A DNA stretch of 61,983 nucleotides, the filler included, from Sanchytrium tribonematis (lineage: Eukaryota), in assembly GCA_018985235.1 (NCBI GenBank). It is 7 parts of 7 records of this genome, joined end to end, with 100 filler letters (N's around TTAATTAATTAA, not from the genome) between each part and the next. Parts side by side here need not be neighbours in the genome. Positions count along the whole stretch, not along the records: positions 39,909 to 61,983 come from JADGIG010000085.1; 6 more parts are not named here. One strand, written 5' to 3'. A model generated the notes under the pieces. That model saw only the letters and a program-made list of their open reading frames with translations, was not told where the DNA came from and did not search any database. The translations under genes were made by a program, and so were the position numbers. Of this stretch, positions 56,628 through 61,983 are shown in pieces. Position 1 is the stretch's first letter. Each line of letters starts with the position of its first letter.

Positions 56628-57077
56628 TTACAATCCGATTCTTGAGTCGCTCTTTTTAAGATGATAATTTGAAGTCTGAGCTTTTTCACTACTTTTGGCC
56701 CTAAATTCCCAATTGATTTGGCACTTTTTACAAAGCTTCGATATAAGCAGGAGATCTTGTTTCCCGTAAATTGTATTAGGAATTTGAAAAACGACTCCTG
56801 AATTTAACGAGTATTCTCTCAAATTAATATTTGTTTGTTTCTTCAACTGTTTTACAACATGAGTTGTATTTTCAGCACACCGGTCACATAGTATTGGCTT
56901 TGTACTTATCAAAAGTGGAGATATGGTTTTTAAATTCCTCTCTCTAGGCATAGCTTGAAAAGTGGAACAGCCTCTTAATTTGTTCAGAAGCATGTTATTT
57001 TCTATCAGGTTAGAGTCATAGAGATAAGGATGATAGTATTTGGTCTCTGCTTCAATATTAACTGAACTGGAGGACAT
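56628..57077 (-). CDS. Hypothetical protein with two CxxC pairs
   Basis: 149-aa ORF with CDRC and CKKC. Confidence 0.45.
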   Translation of the reverse strand: MSSSSVNIEAETKYYHPYLYDSNLIENNMLLNKLRGCSTFQAMPRERNLKTISPLLISTKPILCDRCAENTTHVVKQLKKQTNINLREYSLNSGVVFQIPNTIYGKQDLLLISKLCKKCQINWEFRAKSSEKAQTSNYHLKKSDSRIGL

Positions 57078-57428
57078 TATTTGATTGAAACAATTGTCGG
57101 CCTACTGAGCAAACCTGAAGATTTTATCATCTTTCTGCGTTTCAGGTTTGTGTGATTTTACCAAATGAGGTTCTATTTCAATTAAAGGAAATTATATATA
57201 GTATCACTGCAAGAATTCGAATTTCTCAAAACTACCAGTCAAATTATTTTTTTATTTTCGCAGACTTGAGTTCGGAGACCCATTTCGAGTTGATTTTAAT
57301 ACTCTGTAAGTTAAGTATGTAGATTTGCCGCGTGCAAGGATCATCTTATATTAAGACAAATTGATTGGACCTTTCATAATATATAGAAATTTTTGACACA
57401 TTTATCTGCCAAATTACCCCATTTTCTG

Positions 57429-59190
57429 ATGATTCTATGTTTTATTTTCGTGTTACTGGCTAAAAAGTCTCCACCTTACGTTCGGCCTAAAGATTCTCTA
57501 GTTATCGAATTGAATCCTAAAAATTTTAATTCACATGTTAAACCAGGTAATAATTTGTTGGTGGCATATTATGCACATTGGTGCCACTACTCGAAAAAAA
57601 TGTTGCCAAAACTGGACGAGCTTTCACATAAAGTCAAAAATTTGCCAATATCAATCGTGACCTATGACTGCGAATTAAAAGGACAGGCTAAGATTTGCGA
57701 TGATTTAAAAATTGATGGTTATCCAACCCTCTTTTCTTATAAAGGAATCAAAAAAGTTAAAGAATATGAGCAAGGTGAAAATGTAGATTTATTGATGCAA
57801 TTTGTCAACGAATTCTTAAAATCTGAAAACGCTCCTAAGGTGCTATCGAAGGAAGGGTATAATTTTGTTCGGAATTATTACAAACCACCAAAAGCTATCG
57901 CAAATCCAAAAGGAGAAGTAATTTTATTAACGGATTCAAATTTCGAAGGTCTGGTGCAAAAGGATCCTTGGTTCGTCGAATTTTATGCAGAATGGTGCGG
58001 ACATTGTAAAGCGTTAGCTCCAACATGGACAAAGTTAGGTGGCTTAATGAGAGAAAAATTAAATATTGGAAAGATTGACGCTAGTGTTAACAAAAGAATA
58101 GGTTCTAAATATAGCGTTCAAGGCTATCCAACTCTTTTATTTATTCATGGGGATAAAGTTGAGAAATATAGAGGAGATAGGTCTCTGGAAAGCTTAAAGC
58201 AATTTTCTTTTGAAATGAAAGCAAAATCATTTATCAATGAATTTACTGAGAAAGACATCGCGCAAGTGAAAGATATGCCAGCGATTGGCTTTCTGATATA
58301 TTCCAATAATATTAACGAAAAACTTAAAACAAATTTGGAAATTTCAGAAGACTTGAAGTTTATTTCCCCATTTTATAGTTTATCTTTTTATTCTGCAAAA
58401 GCTATATTTCCCAAAATCGCACCGACCGTGGGACCTCCGACTTATTCCAAATTAAAAGATCATGACCATTATGTAATGCTATATTACCCTAAATCATTAG
58501 AGGTCAATAGAATTCAATTTTATTTTAGCAATAGTGTTTCACGAGTCGATTTGAAAAACTGGTACAATGCAAATCGATTTCCTTTCTTAGTTGATTTGAC
58601 CTCAAGTAATAGCGAGGCTTTATTGAGCGAACCCAAGTATCTCATTTTAGGCCTTGGCGAAAAAAGAAACGATTTAGAAGAAATGGCAACAAAAATCAAG
58701 GATTTAGTTCCCCCACATGCATATCCAGCTGAAATCAGCAGAGCTGTGCAATTTGTAAGTGTTGATGTCAACAAATATGGAGATTGGGCGGATAGGCTAT
58801 TCGGACTAAAGCAAGGTATAATTATACTTAGCAACGAAAAAAAAGTTTATTACAAAGCAGATCCTGATGGTAGTTTAATAACATTAGGCACTATTTTGCC
58901 TTCGTTAAAATCTCTCATTGATATTGATATCTTTCAGCAGAAATTAAAATCAGTTGCTCAACCATCTTCTTGGGAAAAATTAGAATGGACACCTCATGAA
59001 TTTGCACCTTCTGGTTTTCTTCAGGTTATTTTGACTTACTTAGAAATTTATACAATTTACAGAAAGCAATTTTATATTAATAACTCTTGCGATGGTATTC
59101 GTATTAATCTTTATCGTCTTTGTCGTTATGTCGGACAACAATCAGCCGGGCTATCAACAAATTAAATCTCCCGAGAATAAACAGGATTAA
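57429..59190 (+). CDS. Membrane-anchored protein disulfide isomerase (Eps1/TMX-like; 2 exons)
   Basis: Signal peptide, thioredoxin WCHYS and WCGHC; removing the 19-nt intron 59025-59043 GTTATTTTGACTTACTTAG yields a C-terminal TM helix and ...ENKQD*. Confidence 0.88.
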
Positions 59191-59191
59191 T

Positions 59192-60221
59192 TTATTGTTG
59201 TAACCCAATGGCATCTATGCATATAGTAAATAGGCCTATAGCAATTTCCAAACATATCAGTATTATGACAATATATTCTAGCCTTTCTCCATGCATTGAC
59301 TGCATATGATCCTTGAGCATTTGTAACATGTCAGTGATGACGCCTACCCTCTGATTGACAATTTCGACTCTTTCCGATATTTCCATCTACATAAATATAT
59401 AATACGTATCCTCTAGTAGCCTGATATAGGGGTTCCATATAGGGTTCGGACCAGAAAATGTCTGGAGTATCCAACACATTGGAAACCAAATTGACATTAA
59501 TGCGCATGCCAAATAATTTTCCAATTTTCATGTTGACTTCTTTCCTAGACAAAGGAACTGTCCCGGATTTTGCCATTAATTTTGGAATTTCTTTGGTTTG
59601 CTCTATAGTGGTATCTATTAAATTTTCAAAATAAGCCAATTTAGAACTTTGAGCTATACAGTGAGAAATAGTCATTTTTGCCATCCAATTTTCTTCTGAT
59701 TTAAGCGTTATTACATCGTTATATATTCGGGGTTGGTAATTGGTATTGTAATGGTATAATAATTCCTCTATTTCGACATTGAGTTTATCTACTGGCTCCG
59801 AACAAAAAGGCTTGAATGTTTGAACAATTGCGCCTTCTTCTTCTCTAGATAAACCCCATATCACTAATACCCCATAATCAAAAAAGAATATCTCGGAATG
59901 AAAACTGCCTTTTGGTTCCCATTTGCAAAATATACATTCATCAATTTTTTTAAATTCTTTTCCATAAGAATGAAGATAAACTTGGAGCAATTCAAAATTG
60001 TATCCATTACCTACGCAAAGTGCAGTGCATCTAGGAAGTTGTCTACGATCCAGATTTAATAAAAAATCAGGCGGATTATCATTTCCCTCTCGTTCTTCGG
60101 TTTCTGGTGCAACGATGTCGTATTTAGGTTGATTAACAGATGCTTCAGGAAAAACAGTAAGTTTGGCAGAAGTTTTAGTAGTTCTGTTAACTATTTTACG
60201 ATTTTTTTCTTTTATTTCCAT
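59192..60221 (-). CDS. Rmd1/DUF155 family protein (2 exons)
   Basis: IFFFDYGVLVIWG, ISH.IAQS.KL, LDTPDIFW, LEYIVIILI; 19-nt intron 59387-59405 GTATTATATATTTATGTAG gives RGY|MEISERV. Confidence 0.9.
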
Positions 60222-60246
60222 TTATTGTTGCAAAAAATAAATTTTT

Positions 60247-60690
60247 ATGTCCCAAATCCTGAATTTAACCAAAAAAATAAATAGCACTGGAAAAAGAATC
60301 GAAAATTTAATAAAAGAATGCAGAGATCAAGATGAGTTATTTCAGAGTATTGGGTCTGACTTTCTGTATGAATTTAAAAATATGGCAGCCCAAATTAAGG
60401 AAAAATATGATTTTGAAAGCAGGAATGATGCAAAAGAGGAATTCAGCAATATAAAAGAAATATTTAAACAGATTGAGACGCACAAGCGTGAAATTGACAG
60501 CCTTTGCAATTCTTACCAAGAGAAAAAGCGTCTTGTTGATGATCTTCATCAGACAATTGAGTCTATAAAATTAGCAGAATTGCAATCGGAAAATGAAGTC
60601 ACTGAAAATTCAATAATCCTTGAAGACCTGATTAATGAAAACATGAAGCTTCACCAAATGTACGAGGATTGTAAATTGAGAAATCAATAA
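60247..60690 (+). CDS. Hypothetical coiled-coil protein
   Basis: 147-aa E/K-rich helical ORF. Confidence 0.55.
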   Translation: MSQILNLTKKINSTGKRIENLIKECRDQDELFQSIGSDFLYEFKNMAAQIKEKYDFESRNDAKEEFSNIKEIFKQIETHKREIDSLCNSYQEKKRLVDDLHQTIESIKLAELQSENEVTENSIILEDLINENMKLHQMYEDCKLRNQ

Positions 60691-60718
60691 AAAAATTTAT
60701 CCTTTTGTTACAAAGCTC

Positions 60719-60967
60719 ATGTTGAGTCGAGTATCGAGACGGAAACCATCTATTCATTTTAGGTATATTAAAAGTGAATCTTCTACAACAGCTGCAAGTG
60801 ACTCAGATGGGCCTCTTTCGACTAAAATGGAACTTCACTCCAATTTAGTTGACAAGAAAAATGACATTATTGCGTCAGTCGCTTATGAAAAGCTTTCACT
60901 GCGATTTAAGCCCAGAAGTTGGTCTGAGCAAGAAATAGATGTCATTGTTCAAGGCGGGGCAATTTAA
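60719..60967 (+). CDS. Kgd4/Ymr31 (MRPS36)-like small mitochondrial protein
   Basis: PSIHF N-terminal motif and L..RF......EI..I..GGA C-terminal motif. Confidence 0.75.
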   Translation: MLSRVSRRKPSIHFRYIKSESSTTAASDSDGPLSTKMELHSNLVDKKNDIIASVAYEKLSLRFKPRSWSEQEIDVIVQGGAI

Positions 60968-61764
60968 ATAAATTCTTTACTATTCTTCCTAATTAAAGTT
61001 TGTTTTCGCAAATTAAATATTTTTCTAGGATCCTTGACTCTTAAATCTAGCTCCTGCCGCAATTTGTTATTCGATTCCTCTAAGTTTCCAATTATATCCG
61101 TGTTTTCTAAGACTTGCTGAAACATCTCAGAATCGGTGGTGTTGACATTTGCAATTTTCACCACCTTTTTTTTAATTTCCTCAAAAGTTCTCTCGACAAA
61201 TTTGAACTTCGTAGCTATGGCAATTTCAGTCGGCTTTTTGGCTCTCAATTGCTTGATGCCTTGAACATTGTCCATCTTTTCGAAAATCAGTTTGTTTTGC
61301 AAGCTCATTATCTGACCAACTAAGGCTTTCAAGTGAAAATTATCCGATACGGTACATGAGTCCACTCTTTTGGGAATAGCGTGTATCGCAACGCTAGAAT
61401 AAGTTTTCTTCTCAATTAAATCGGAGCTTGAAGTGCCTTGATCAATTGACTCTAATGCGAAATGAGAAGCTTTATCAGAAAACAATGTATGATTACCGCA
61501 ACACTGGTCAGTCATCATGAAATTCGCATCTGTGCCTCTAGTAGATTGCTCTACAATGGCGTCTGACCCAATATCTAAGACATTTTCTTTTGCTTGGGCT
61601 TCAATATCCTTTCCCCTAAATTTTACCTGTATTTCTTTGTCTTCTAATTCTCTTTCAGTCTGAGATGATTTGCTTCTCATATCTGTCAGATAGTTATTAA
61701 TGTAGCAATGTATTTCATCAGTATCTCTTTTTTCCGTCTCCAAAAATTTTAATAATTGAAACAT
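60964..61764 (-). CDS. Hypothetical coiled-coil protein
   Basis: 266-aa ORF; stop overlaps the stop of the convergent gene; 5' end uncertain. Confidence 0.5.
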   Translation of the reverse strand: MFQLLKFLETEKRDTDEIHCYINNYLTDMRSKSSQTERELEDKEIQVKFRGKDIEAQAKENVLDIGSDAIVEQSTRGTDANFMMTDQCCGNHTLFSDKASHFALESIDQGTSSSDLIEKKTYSSVAIHAIPKRVDSCTVSDNFHLKALVGQIMSLQNKLIFEKMDNVQGIKQLRAKKPTEIAIATKFKFVERTFEEIKKKVVKIANVNTTDSEMFQQVLENTDIIGNLEESNNKLRQELDLRVKDPRKIFNLRKQTLIRKNSKEFI

Positions 61765-61983
61765 TCCTAAATAAGGGAATTGGAGACTGAACCCTTTAAT
61801 TTTTATCTTAAAATTCTGAATAATTATAATTTAAATATAAATGACAAATTTCAAATATTATCGTGAAAACAATACTGTGGCTTGAATTTTGTTTACTTGA
61901 AACTCAAGTATGCACGATGGTTCTAAAGCAGGTATTCCAGGTGTTACTATTAACATGATCAATTCAGTTCTTGGAGCTGGTGT

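Noticed and set aside
57078..57428. GCCGCGTGCAAGGAT resembling part of the U6 snRNA internal stem-loop
   Set aside because: No ACAGAGA box or AGC triad in the right context; similarity too short
3717..60221. Split ORFs interpreted as pseudogenes, programmed frameshifts or a non-standard genetic code
   Set aside because: Each break in a host gene is resolved by a 19-nt GT-AG intron; TAA, TAG and TGA all terminate conserved proteins at expected positions
537..61323. Numerous short antisense or overlapping ORFs in the six-frame track (e.g. 9894-10454, 7783-8115, 48002-48328)
   Set aside because: They are shadows of well-supported genes, mostly on the opposite strand, and carry no motifs of their own
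61767..61787. Possible 21-nt intron (GTCTCC...TTTAG, minus strand) upstream of the last ORF
   Set aside because: Atypical donor and no homology evidence for an upstream exon; cannot be supported

Overview
AT-rich, extremely gene-dense eukaryotic nuclear DNA using the standard code (TAA/TAG/TGA all act as stops). Gene content (CYRI/FAM49, Shaker-like Kv channels, TM-RGS, Atp19/Cbp4/Kgd4-like proteins) suggests an early-diverging zoosporic or amoeboid fungus or fungal relative (inference). The window is seven contigs joined by artificial 100-nt N44-TTAATTAATTAA-N44 spacers: 1-22232, 22333-25765, 25866-29286, 29387-32795, 32896-36304, 36405-39808 and 39909-61983. Adjacency across spacers is therefore meaningless. 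The two long contigs and contig 5 hold tightly packed housekeeping genes. The other short contigs hold a degenerate Crypton-like tyrosine recombinase, two Ty3/Gypsy fragments, a LINE 3' end, an LRR-TM protein, two apparently secreted kinases, a GSIII fragment and two small secreted Cys proteins. The main finding is that all 16 introns I could reconstruct are exactly 19 nt (GT...AG). They have T at position 12 in 16/16 and a putative branch-point A at position 14 (-6 from the 3' end) in 15/16. There is at most one per gene, always from about the midpoint of the CDS onward. This looks like a fixed-length, ruler-like minimal splicing system. All calls are by eye, with no database searches.
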